Shown: positions 50,706 to 64,000 of the stretch, in pieces
How the letters are laid out: each line of letters opens with the position of its first letter
How positions within the stretch are numbered: position 1 is the stretch's first letter
Translations under genes and position numbers: made by a program
The notes under the pieces: generated by a model
Told to the model about the DNA's origin: nothing
The model's database searches: none
What the model saw: only the letters and a program-made list of their open reading frames with translations
DNA from: Octopus vulgaris
Lineage: Eukaryota
Reading direction: 5' to 3'
Assembly: GCA_951406725.2 (NCBI GenBank)
Contig: OX597832.1
Coordinates: forward strand, 3,410,001-3,474,000
Length of the DNA stretch: 64,000 bases

Positions 50706-52963
50706 ATGGCCCTAGCATGGGAATACTAAGTTTGGTTGTTGTTATCCCTATTACTATTATAAATTCAAAGTGAAGTGTGGTATAAGAGACAATTACTAAT
50801 GGGACCAAGCTTAGCCTTGATATTTGTTCGTAATTATTTCCGTACACTCATGCCAATGATGCTTCTGAGAAAGATGTAGGCATTTCCCTTTCTATATAAA
50901 TTTGAGATCTTTTAACTAGTAAAAAAAAAATCAATAGGTTATGGATAGTATTTCGTACTTTCATACTTAACAACTTATAAGTATATATGTGTGTGTATAT
51001 AATATATATATATATATTTACAAACACATAGGCTGAGTTAATAAGACATCAAATTATTGTCAAAGAGTCTCCACTTTATATCTTAGCAAATGGGATATTA
51101 TAGTCAACAGCTCTAATTATGCAGTAACACTTACTGAATATTTCTGCTATGGAACTGGAGAAAGCAACAGAAAGCTGATCCAGCACTCATCCTCACACTA
51201 GAATCTCCAATTATCTCAGTCTGTCTGGCCTTTAGACATTGGGTGTGGCTCTGAATACAAACGGCATGCAATAGTTGGTGTATAACAGTTGATCCTACTT
51301 CAAATTTCTCAAATATCAACTTAGTGGCAAATTTTTTTCAAATACAAGACAATTTCATGCTATGAACAAACATTTATATATGCACAAGTGAAGTTCTTAA
51401 CCCAATTTAACTACCACTTGGCTCTTGGGTATTGTCATATCGTGGCATAAAGACATAGATAGCTAAATGAAATAAGAGGAAATTTACATGGCTTATTGAT
51501 CAGGCGGCCATGACTAGACTGACTGGTAGTGAATATTTTATTAAGATACGATTGGTTAAATATAACGATAAGTAACAAGCAATCCTACAATCTTACAATG
51601 TAGCTCAATATATCACTGGTGTTGTTAGTGCAAATCTCTGGTGTGAGAAAAATTTCCATCAACCAGTCTGAAAAGGGACATAGGAATTGGTTTTTCTTTT
51701 CTGATAAAGTACATAAAAGAGAAAAAGTAAATACACAGACATAATGAAAATATAAGCTAAAACTGCTTCTGTTTTTAGTGTCTGAAAGCGTTGTAATTTT
51801 GTTAAATGAGAAGTTTGTATGTCAAGAATATAAACATAGTTTCATTAGTGGTAGGTTGTGGTATGAATGAGCATGAATAAGTGTATATTTATTGCCATAA
51901 ACAATATACTATGTGTATATAAAAAAAAACCTCAATCTTTTTCTTGATTATAAGAATCTTGATAACCAGTAATTATTTCTGATTTCTCTGTATTAAGTGA
52001 ATGAAAAATAAATCTATGGTAAATGATATTCTGTAGGAGAGAATACACCCAACATTGCAAGCTAATGAAATATAGTTACTTCACAGTGAGATTGATTCAG
52101 TGAATCATAATAGAGTTAGTGCTTGGTCATACAAGTAGTCACGTTCTATGTGTTGGTTGTTTATACAATGCAATCTCTGTGACAGGATATGAACCATTAA
52201 CCCTGCAGCTGGTTTTTAGTGCCCTCTTCACTTGACCATTTGTGATCTCATGTCAATGTATGAAACATTACCCTGATATTGTCAAATGAAACAAAAAGAA
52301 AAACATTTCCCAACTTTTAAAGATAGTTTATTGTAATAAAGTAAGCGTTTTTAAAATGCTGTGTAAGCAAGAAAACCTGTTTCTAAATGTGAGGATCATT
52401 TTTCTTCTAAGAATTGGACTTAAAGCTTTTAATTTCAACTTACCTGAGACAGCCCATACTGTTCATATTTAAATTAAAATCTTGATAAAAATCTTATTGG
52501 CTGAACGATACCATGACTTTTTAGTTGATTAACATCAACATAACATCAATTTATAATGTTCCAGATATTGCTTATATTGAATATAGGCAATCTGCTCTAA
52601 TGACAAGAGAGTGAAATGCAGAAAATTCCAACACAATATTTACAATTCACTCTTCATTTTCTCAATAATCCAAGATGAGCTTGATTCTTTTCAAAAAAAT
52701 GATTTTCAAAAACTTAGTGCTGCATTATGCTTATGATGTTTGTCCATCATCATTATTACTTTATTAAATTTATAATTAGACGATTATTAAAAAGGAATAA
52801 ATTTTCATAAAAAACAACTACCATCTAGATTCTGTTTATTTTTTAATAACTATATAGTGTGTCAAGCAATAGAAGAAGTATTGGTTTCTTTTGTTTGAGT
52901 ACAAAGATAAATGAGAAGAAATGAGAAATATATTGGTAAGATAAATATTGTGGGGGTAGAGGT

Positions 52964-53174
52964 GGGGGTACTGAAAAGTTCCTGGGTTTGGGTAAAAGAA
53001 TATGTAGGAGGATCAGTTAATTATGATTTTATTGAACATATTCCCTTCTCAGATTCACACACTTATTGCAGCAGTCTTTCAGTTTTTCTTAGCCCTATAA
53101 AAGAACTAGGAAGTTTGGGCCTCCAACCTGACCTTTTGCAATACCCTTAAAGCCAGGAACTTTTCAGCACCCCC
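52964..53174. mobile_element. Tc1/mariner-type MITE
   Basis: Terminal inverted repeats gggggtactgaaaagttcctgggttt / aaagccaggaacttttcagcaccccc. Confidence 0.8.
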
Positions 53175-53547
53175 TTGTGAAGTGTAAAAGCTTCTATATA
53201 AAATTGAAGCCACATGATAATGTCAATTTGTTATGGGATTATTATCCCAACTGCAATTCAAAACTTCATGAATTAAATATTAGTAATTTTTAATATAAAT
53301 TAACAGTTTTAAAAGTTAATGTTTAATAGCTGATTCAATTGAATGTATCTTGGCATTATAATTGTTGGTCTTGCATTCACAATGCAGAAATATCCACACA
53401 TGCCTTACATATATTTTAACAATTATTTTATTTCGGCAATAACATTAAAGATACCTGATTTTGATAAGATAAAACATCTTAATGGGAATAATATTTTGTA
53501 TCATATAATAATAAGTATATATAAGTACAATAGATATACATATTTGC

Positions 53548-53613
<66 letters not shown>

Positions 53614-53924
53614 AAAGAATAAAAGCTCAAATTTCGAGGGGTAAGTAGAAAATATGCATTGGTATTTCTTACAGAAACTCAAGTACAACTATCATAGAGT
53701 TGTATGAGGTGGAATTGATGGTAATTAGTTATGTTGATGTAGTCACTGGAAATATGAGTAGAAAAAAAGGGTTAAGTGAAGTGAGTAATGTTATAGTATA
53801 AGTAGGAAGTAATGCTAGCATATGAATATGGGATGATAGGTAAAAATGCTATGTTAGTATTAGGTAATGATGTAATATAGGCAAGTATTGTGAAGAGAGT
53901 GTTGGGTATTACCATAAATAGATT

Positions 53925-54080
53925 CAGGTACAGTTGTGTCATTAAAGAGCTCAATTTATAATCACCATGTGCTTCTGGGTTTGATCCATTATACAACATG
54001 GGCTAGTTCTACCATAGCCTCATGTCGATCACTACCTTGTGAGTAAAATTTGGTAAATGGAAATTGTGTAGAAGCTTGTT
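53925..54080 (+). mobile_element. Decayed tRNA-derived SINE head
   Basis: tgggtttgatcca...ttctaccatagcctc...ccttgtgagt...tttggtaaatggaaattgtgtagaagc parallels 43537-43691. Confidence 0.6.
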
Positions 54081-54228
54081 ATATATATATATATATATAT
54101 ATATAGCTAATAACCCTTATTGGACTTTCAAGTTCAATACTAAGAAAAAATATTAAAAAATTATGGGTAGATGGAAAGAGGTAATATCAAAATAGGAATA
54201 GGGAATATTTGGTAATATGAATAATATA

Positions 54229-54457
54229 TTGGGTTGATGCATAATTGCTGCAGCTTTTTTTCAACAAATCTTATTCAACAAAAACATCTTTAAATGATTA
54301 TTCTGAAGTATATTCACCATCTACTTCAATTACTGCTTCCCATTTGCTTGGCAGATGGTCAGGTCATCATTTAAAGATGTTTTTGTTAAATATTGTTATT
54401 GTTTTGTTGAATAAAATTTGTTGAAAAAAAAGCCGCAATAATTATGCAGCAACCCAA
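54229..54457. mobile_element. Mariner-derived MITE with TA target-site duplication
   Basis: TA|ttgggttgatgcataatt...aattatgcagcaacccaa|TA with ~70-bp inverted arms; internal minus frame LPSKWEAVIEVDGEYTSE* matches a mariner transposase C-terminus. Confidence 0.9.
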
Positions 54458-57400
54458 TATAATAGTTTATTCTATAATATACAAGAATGATAATTGTGCA
54501 ATAGTTGTGTAAAAGGATAATATGAAGAAAATGTAATGCTATAATAATTAAGGAGTTCAGCAGATAAGCTGTTAGTTATGAATAAATCTATAATGGAAAT
54601 GCAGAACATTTGGCATCACTTGAAAATGACATTTAATTTAGATGGAAAATATAAACATACAGAGTCTCTTACAGCTTTGATATGCAGTCTTAACATCACA
54701 CTTTCAGTTGCAATCCAGACCAGAGTTTTAGTGGTAAACCTCACTGAACACTCATAGTACAAACTCTATTACTTGATGTCAGTTGACAAAGACTCCTTAT
54801 TATATTCAGTAAAATTATAATGTTAAGTGAAAAAACTTTTATGAAGCATATAAGAAATATTAATTTTAAAGACATTAGACCATTATTTTGATAAGAAGAC
54901 TTAAGCCAGATGAACTAACTTCAGTGTATTATTTTATTTGAGCTTGAGGCTTTGAATTCCACCTGGTAAAAAGAAATGCATCTTATTTCTTATTGGCCAA
55001 GCAGCTACAATCAAGTTATATAATTCAAATGTTCATTAACAGATATAATTTGAGCAGTATAGAATGATGGAAATTTCCTTTCATTTGTATATTTTAAAAT
55101 TATTGGTTATAAACTTTTAATACTGTCATATTTTTTACTATTTTTTTTTGTCTGTATTCTTAATTATACTGAGAGACTGAGAATCCAATAAACTTAACTT
55201 TAAAATACATCGCTTTCCAGTCAATAAAGAATTATAAGTTGGTTATATAATCAGTAGGCACATTATAAGCTAAAGAATAAAAAAGGAAAGAGAAAAACAA
55301 GTGGCAGCGAAAAAAACCAAAAAGAACAAAAAAAAAAAGCAATTATTTTTAATAATCAGAAGGTGCAATTTCTAGCAAGTATAGCAAATGTAAGAGCCTT
55401 GACTGTTTATTATTCAGAAACATGCCCGAGCAGGAAGTAGGGGAAGTGGGTCAGCTGGCATGGAACTATGACTTTGAGGAAGGAAATTCCAGCCAGTTAG
55501 AGGCTCTGGTAAAGAATAACTTTTATATAAGCTGTTCTTGCTCATTTATTCAGTTCTCTTACTAGTTCTTACATCTTGCACTCTACAGGTACATGTATTT
55601 ACTTGTAAGCCATACACAAGTAATTTGTATTTAGCTCTAATTACTAAATGGGAGTAATTAGAAAGGATATCCTGTATTTTACATCTTGCTTGGATCTATT
55701 ATCAATTGAAATGGAGAGCTACATATCACAGCTGACCTGGACCTATAACCAACTTTGCATGGTCCTGTTCACAAATAAAGACTGTTTCATACATATGCGT
55801 GAATTAACTGAGTTTGTTAAATTCTATGCAGAATACTGCATAAGAGATTAATGGATATTTCTTTTTTCAACTAAAATAATGAAGGAAAGTAGTTTGGCAT
55901 AGTTCAGCATTAAATTTGAAACTTTGTGGATCTTGGCTCAAATTCTGACAAGATTAACTTAAGTATTCAGCCTACACGTTATAAAATGGCATCAGGTGCA
56001 TGAAAGAGAAAACCAGAATATCTTTGATTTTGGATTTTGAAAATCTGATGAGGAAATTAAACACAAAAGAGGATGAATTATGTGAAATTTTCCATTGTTT
56101 AGTTTCTTTTATAATTTGTAAATGTCATCAGCTAAGAAATCCTGATAGGGACAGAAAAAATAAGGGGAATCAAAGATAAATTTGAGTTCTGTAATTGATA
56201 GGAATCTTCAGGTGGTGAACAGATGTTGGATTGATATACTGAATATTTCTTAAACAGACCAGAATCCTCTTGAGTACATTGATTGCCTTATACATCACAT
56301 AAGTAAGAAACAGCAGTGGCTCCATTGATTAGCATCCCACACAAAACTAATCTTATTCAAAACTTGACATTTACTGTTTTCTAATGTGATTAATTAGCTT
56401 GTCTTACTTTTTTTTCACTTTTGATAGGACTTTTCAGTTTGAAAGACAAATTCCTTAGTGCTGATATCAGTACCATGATAAATACACTCATCCTGCTTTG
56501 ATAAGAGCTAATAATTAGTAGGGAACATAACTGCACTAAAACCCAGCCAAATGAAATTTTCAGACTGCATATCATTCATGGAAAAATATATTAAGGTGAT
56601 AAGGATAAGATGAATGGTGTTTTATTTTTGGAGTTATCACTTTTAGCCATTAGCTTTCATGGCCCTCAAGATTGTACTTATATTTGCAGTATAATATCTG
56701 GCTACATGAAGATTAAAACCACTTGGATACAAGTTGCAAAAATTACTGTACTGCAGTAATTCAGATCTAATTAAGATAAGCAAGTTGATAGAAACCTGCT
56801 ACTTTTTAATGAATGTTGATAGAAAAACACACATTACAACTAGTAGCAAAATTCTTTGAAAAGCAATTTAAATCTCAATGCAGACTTGGTTTTTGAGTCA
56901 TTGAATGAACACCTTACTGTGCATGCTTCAATCTGTCTAGCAACAAATATATCAGTCCCACTTTGTAACAGAGCAATTAGTGCAAAGAAGTGAATCCAGC
57001 TGTAAAAACATTGAATGAAGACATGCAAACTTGGAAAAACTGCCTATCAGTCTCATGTATGCATGTATTTATGTTAATAGAGCACTTCTAAAAAGGAAAT
57101 GAATTGAGATTATTAGAAATAAAATAAAAACAAATTAAATAAAACGCCCAAATTATTTTCATCCAAACAACAATTTTTAGTGCACTTATTCACATATATT
57201 TAATATTTTATATGTAAATGTTTAAATGAACCAACAAAAAAAAAGGCTTAAAAATAAAGTTGTGTTTAGAATTATATTTTATTTTATTTCAAAATAGATT
57301 AATAAAACTAGGAAAAACTTCTATATGAAAAATAACACAGCCAAGTTATTTTTTGGAAATATGTACTTAAATGAGTTCCTTATAAGATTTTAAAATCCAA

Positions 57401-57617
57401 CTCATTATCACATTGGATAATATCTTTGTGCCAGTCAATCTTTTCTTTTTTTTTCTTGCTCTCCATAAACATACCTCCTCTACTCTAAAACTAAACATAA
57501 CCCACCTCGATTAGCCATTTATTTTTGTTAATAATTATTTTTGTTAATAATTATCCACCCCGAAAGTGTGAACCCTACAGGTGAAACTCGTTTTTAGATA
57601 AATTTGTATAATGCAGA

Positions 57618-57833
57618 AAGGTAGCAAGATGGCAGAAACGTTAGCACACCAGGCAAAATACTTAGCAGTATTTCATCTGTCTTCACATTCTAGGTTCAAA
57701 TTCCACTGAGGTTGATTTTACCTTTCTTCCTTCTGGGGTTGATAAATGAAATACCAGTTGCATACTGAGGTCAATCTAATCGACTGGCCCACTCCCCAAA
57801 AATTTCAAGCCTTGTGCCTAGAGTAGAAAAGAA
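57618..57833 (+). mobile_element. tRNA-derived SINE, near full length
   Basis: ggcagaaacgttagc A-box region, ggttcaaattcc B box, cctttcttccttctggggttgataaa core, gccttgtgcctagagtagaaaagaat tail. Confidence 0.82.
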
Positions 57834-57963
57834 TTTGTATAATTTGGGGATAATTATGAGACTCGAGTACAGTTTTCTATGGACTGAGTTTTCTTAAATA
57901 GAATTCCCCACAAAACTGAAGTATTACAGTACATACCCATAGTACAAGACTATGCAAATACTT

Positions 57964-57970
57964 ATATATG

Positions 57971-58001
<31 letters not shown>

Positions 58002-58128
58002 GTATATATATATATGTATATATATGTATATATATATATATATATATGTATATGTATATATGTATATATATATGTATATATATATATGTATATATGTATA
58101 TATATGTATATATGTATATATATATATG

Positions 58129-58159
<31 letters not shown>

Positions 58160-58540
58160 GTATATATGTATATATATATATGTATATATATATATATGTA
58201 TATATATATATGTATATATATGTATATGTATATATATGTATATATATGTATATGTATATATATGTATATATGTATATATATATATGTATATATGTATATA
58301 TATATATGTGTATATATATATATATGTATATATATGTGTATATATATATATATGTATATATGTATATGTATATATGTATATATATATATGTATATATATA
58401 TATATGTATATATGTATATGTATATATGTATATGTATATATATGTATATATATGTATATATATATATATGTATATATGTATATGTATATATGTATATGTA
58501 TATATATGTATATATATGTATATATGTATATATATATATG

Positions 58541-58571
<31 letters not shown>

Positions 58572-58682
58572 GTATATATGTATATATATGTATATATGTA
58601 TATATGTATATATATATATATATGTATATATGTGTATATATGTATATATATATATATATGTATATATGTATATATATATATG

Positions 58683-58735
<53 letters not shown>

Positions 58736-58759
58736 ATATGTATATATATGTATATATGT
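57964..58759. repeat. Cryptic (TA)/(TATG) microsatellite
   Basis: Directly visible. Confidence 0.97.
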
Positions 58760-59517
58760 ATACTTTGATACTTTGATACTTTGATAGGTTTCGGCCATTA
58801 TTGGCCCAGGCCATGTCTAACTTAATAGCACCACCTGGTGAAGTCTTTCAAGTCAGAATTTGGGCACTATGGCCCACTCAAGTAGAGAGTTATTGTTTAC
58901 AGAGACATATCCGGGTGTAGGGGGTTTATCCGGGATTTCTTGAAGGAATCTGTCCAAAGACTTCTTGAACCCTATAGGGTCAGTTTCTGTTTTAATGTGT
59001 TTTGGTGTAATGTTAAAGAGAGCAGGGCCAATTGAGGTGAAATAATTGTGCCGTATTGTTGTTATGAGATGAGAGTGCGATTTTTGTTTTGGGCGGATGG
59101 CACGGGGCCCAAGCCTTGGATGTACCTTAAAGGTGATGCCAACATCATTTGGGCAATGCTGATGGAATATTTTCCACATCATGCAGATGATGTAGCGCTC
59201 ACGACGACGTTGGAGAGAATAGAGTTTTAGCTTTTCTAGTCGACCCCAATAGTCGAGGCCTGTCATGCCATCTATCTTTTTTGTGATTGCCCTTTGAGGT
59301 GCTTCGACTTTTTGATACCTTGTATTGTGTGGGGAGACCACAGTGGACAACAGTATTCAAGGTGGGGTCGGGCAAAAGTGGAGAAGAGAAGGATAATGGT
59401 GTGGATATCTCTCGACTGGAAAGTTCTGAGAATCCAGGAACACATTCTGCGGGCCATGTCAACTTTGGTGTTTATATGAGTGGCCCAGCTTACGTTGTTG
59501 TCCACAATTACTCCCAA
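58760..59517 (-). mobile_element. CR1-group LINE 3' end with (CAAAGTAT)n tail; same family as 15593-16945
   Basis: [15 protein letters not shown]...[14 protein letters not shown]; YWGRLEKLKLYSLQRRRERY...GPALFNITP...FKKSLDRFLQEIPDKP; three 8-mer tail repeats at 58760-58786; shares sequence with 16680-16930. Confidence 0.93.
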
Positions 59518-59569
59518 ATATATATGTATATATGTATATATATATATATGTATATATATATATGTATAT

Positions 59570-59611
<42 letters not shown>

Positions 59612-60921
59612 GTATATATATGTATATATGTATATATATATGTATATAAGACTATTCACATATTGTATGTGTACACTTGAATATATGTATATATATATAT
59701 GTATATATATGTATATACATATATGTATATATATGTATATATATGTATATATATATATGTATATATATATGTATATATATGTATATATATGTATATATAT
59801 ATATGTATATATATATATATGTATATGTATATATATATATGTATATGTATATATATATATGTATATATATGTATATATATATATGTATATATATATATGT
59901 ATATATATATGTATATGTATATATGTATATGTATATATGTATATGTATATATATATATGTATATATATATATGTATATGTATATATGTATATGTATATAT
60001 GTATATGTATATATATATATGTATATATATATATGTATATATATATATGTATATATATGTATATATATATATATGTATATATATGTATATATATATATGT
60101 ATATATATATATGTATATATATATGTATATATATATGTATATGTATATATGTGTATGTATATGTATATATAGATATGTATATATATATGTATATGTATAT
60201 ATGTATATGTATATATAGATATGTATATATATATGTATATGTATATATGTATATGTATATATAGATATGTGTATATATGTATATGTATATGTATATATGT
60301 ATATGTATATATAGATATGTATATATATATGTATATGTATATATGTATATGTATATATGTATATGTATATATAGATATGTATATATATATGTATATATAT
60401 ATAGATATGTATATATATATATGTATATATATAGATATGTATATATGTGTATGTATATAAGTGTATATATATATGTGTATATGTGTATATATATATATGT
60501 GTATATATATATAGATATGTATATATATATGTATATATAGATATGTATATATATATGTATATATAGATATGTATATATGTGTATATATAGATATGTATAT
60601 ATGTGTATATATAGATATGTATATATGTGTATATATAGATATGTATATATGTGTATATATATATATGTATATATGTATATATATATATGTGTATATATAT
60701 ATGTGTATGTATATGTATATATGTATATATATGTACATATGTATATGTGTATATATATATATGTATATATATGTATATATGTATATATGTATATATATAT
60801 ATATATATATATGTGTATGTATATATATGTATATATGTATATATATATATATATATATGTGTATGTATATATATGTGTATATATATGTATATATATATGT
60901 ATATATATATATATGTATATA
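59518..60921. repeat. ~1.4-kb cryptic (TA)/(TATG)/(TAGA) microsatellite
   Basis: Directly visible. Confidence 0.97.
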
Positions 60922-61038
60922 TAGAAACACTGCTAGATGAGACTGGAGCCTGGTGCAGCCTTCTGGCTTCCCAGATCCCGGTGAAACCATCCAACCCTTG
61001 CTAGCATGGAAAACAGACGTTAAACAATGATGATGATG
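60922..61038 (+). mobile_element. RTE tail fragment with (GAT)n
   Basis: tagaaacactgctagatgagactggagcctggtgcagcc...gctagcatggaaaacagacgttaaacaatgatgatg; compare 38156-38283. Confidence 0.85.
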
Positions 61039-61049
61039 TATATATGCAT

Positions 61050-61196
61050 GGTAACTTGGACTAGTGTCTTGTATTGTAGCCTTGGGCTGACCAAGACTTT
61101 GTGGGTGGATTTGGAAACTGAAAGATCATATATATCATATGCTATATGTCTTGAAACAATTTTCATAATTAATAATAAATTCTTGTATATTTCATT

Positions 61197-61231
<35 letters not shown>

Positions 61232-61430
61232 CTGTGTCTCCTTGTGCTGGTGTTTGACCCCCTCCCCATCACTGCTTGGCAACTGGTGTTGGTGTGTTTG
61301 CATCCCCATAACTCAGCAGTTCAGCAAAAGAGACAAATAGAATATGTCCTGGGATCAATTTCTTAGACTAAAACCCTTGAAGGCACTGCTCCAGCATGGC
61401 CACCGTCAAATGACTGAAACAAGTAAAAGA
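61050..61430 (+). mobile_element. tRNA-derived SINE (5'-damaged)
   Basis: tagccttgggctgaccaagactttgtgggtggatttgg...ctccagcatggccaccgtcaaatgactgaaacaagtaaaaga. Confidence 0.75.
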
Positions 61431-61550
61431 ATGATACAATAGGTAGTTCCTGCAGTTACCTCTTCAGGATATCATGCTGTAGCCACATAAGAATAAAGTA
61501 CTCACAAAAATAATATTGTATTCAGGGAATGATTTGTCTCACTGACTTGA

Positions 61551-61769
61551 CCCTTTTGTTACCATATATATTTGGAGATGCTCTGTGTTTCTTTCAATTA
61601 ATTTTAGATATAACAAAGAATTTAGTAAAATAACATAGTTATCATTAAGCTAGTGTTAGGAACAAAAATTGTGACTAAGGTTTGGTGGAAGATTTTAATT
61701 CAAAACCTATGGAAACAAAACATTTGTACTACAGAGCTGGTGGTTTCATCCAGGTTGGTATCGAAAGGG
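61551..61769. mobile_element. piggyBac-type MITE
   Basis: ttga|cccttttgttacca ... tggtatcgaaaggg|ttaa: 12/14 terminal inverted repeat with CCC/GGG ends; TTAA on the right, TTGA on the left. Confidence 0.8.
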
Positions 61770-62059
61770 TTAATATTATGAAATAGAAATCAAGCACCAG
61801 TTCTTATGGGCCCCATGGGTCTTCTGAAGGCATTTACAGTAATACATCACATGTTTAGTTCCCTTGTCAAAAGAAGGAAGTGAATACATTCCAATAAATA
61901 TGTTGCGTTTTACATGAAATTTTCTAACTCATGATGGTTTTAATTAAGAACCTACCTTCCTTTCTTTGCCAAGATCTTTAAAAAAGTCAAACACTTCCTC
62001 CATAAGATTATCTGGCAATTTTATGTTCTTTAATTTAGTAAAACAATCCTTTCAACTAT

Positions 62060-62190
62060 AGACACAAGGTCTGAAATTTTTTTGGCAGGGGCTAGTTGAT
62101 TGCATTGACTCCAGTATTTCACTGGTACCTAATTTATCCACCCCGAAAGGCAAAGTCAACTTTGGCAGAAGTTGAAGTCGGAATGTTTTA
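62060..62190 (-). mobile_element. SINE 3' part (family of 57618-57833)
   Basis: actggtacctaatttatccaccccgaaaggcaaagtcaac. Confidence 0.7.
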
Positions 62191-62350
62191 AGGAAATACT
62201 CTGCTTATTGCCAATATGAGATTAATCGTTTAGAACTGAAATTACTCTATTAAATGTAATGCTTATATATTTACATTATTGTTAATTACTCGTGCATTGT
62301 CTTGTAGCTTTGAGGAATGAAATTGTAGGGTAGGTCTAAGAAGCCAGATC

Positions 62351-64000
<1,650 letters not shown>

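Noticed and set aside
61809-61832. GPMGLL as a possible next collagen exon
   Set aside because: No AG acceptor, and Gly periodicity fails after two triplets.

Overview
AT-rich, microsatellite- and transposon-dense animal genomic DNA, most likely from an octopod cephalopod (inferred from the SINE/LINE repertoire and long cryptic (TA)/(TATG) tracts; not verified). The only host gene I can support is the 5' part of a type IV collagen (alpha1-like) on the + strand. It appears as three tiny phase-0 exons (3904-3957, 21582-21716, 32048-32092) encoding the 7S cysteine cluster and first Gly-X-Y repeats, with introns of 17.6 kb, 10.3 kb and apparently more than 31.9 kb. The rest is intronic: RTE-like, CR1-like, R4/Dong-like and Penelope-like retroelement fragments, a decayed hAT transposon, mariner and piggyBac MITEs, tRNA-derived SINEs and kilobase microsatellites. 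The most notable signals are: (i) an unexplained CpG-rich, densely base-paired and possibly doubly pseudoknotted ~170-nt island at 6562-6731; (ii) ordered arrays of ~65-nt double-hairpin units with unit-specific loops in the RTE 3' UTRs, amplified into a higher-order array at 36.5-38.1 kb; (iii) four Penelope-type hammerhead ribozyme motifs, two of them in a tRNA-like + (AAT)n + hammerhead terminal repeat with a fold-back junction; (iv) several long inverted repeats able to form dsRNA in the pre-mRNA; (v) an identical 117-bp microsatellite interruption pattern on both sides of a young RTE insertion. All family assignments come from motif recognition by eye; no searches were run.
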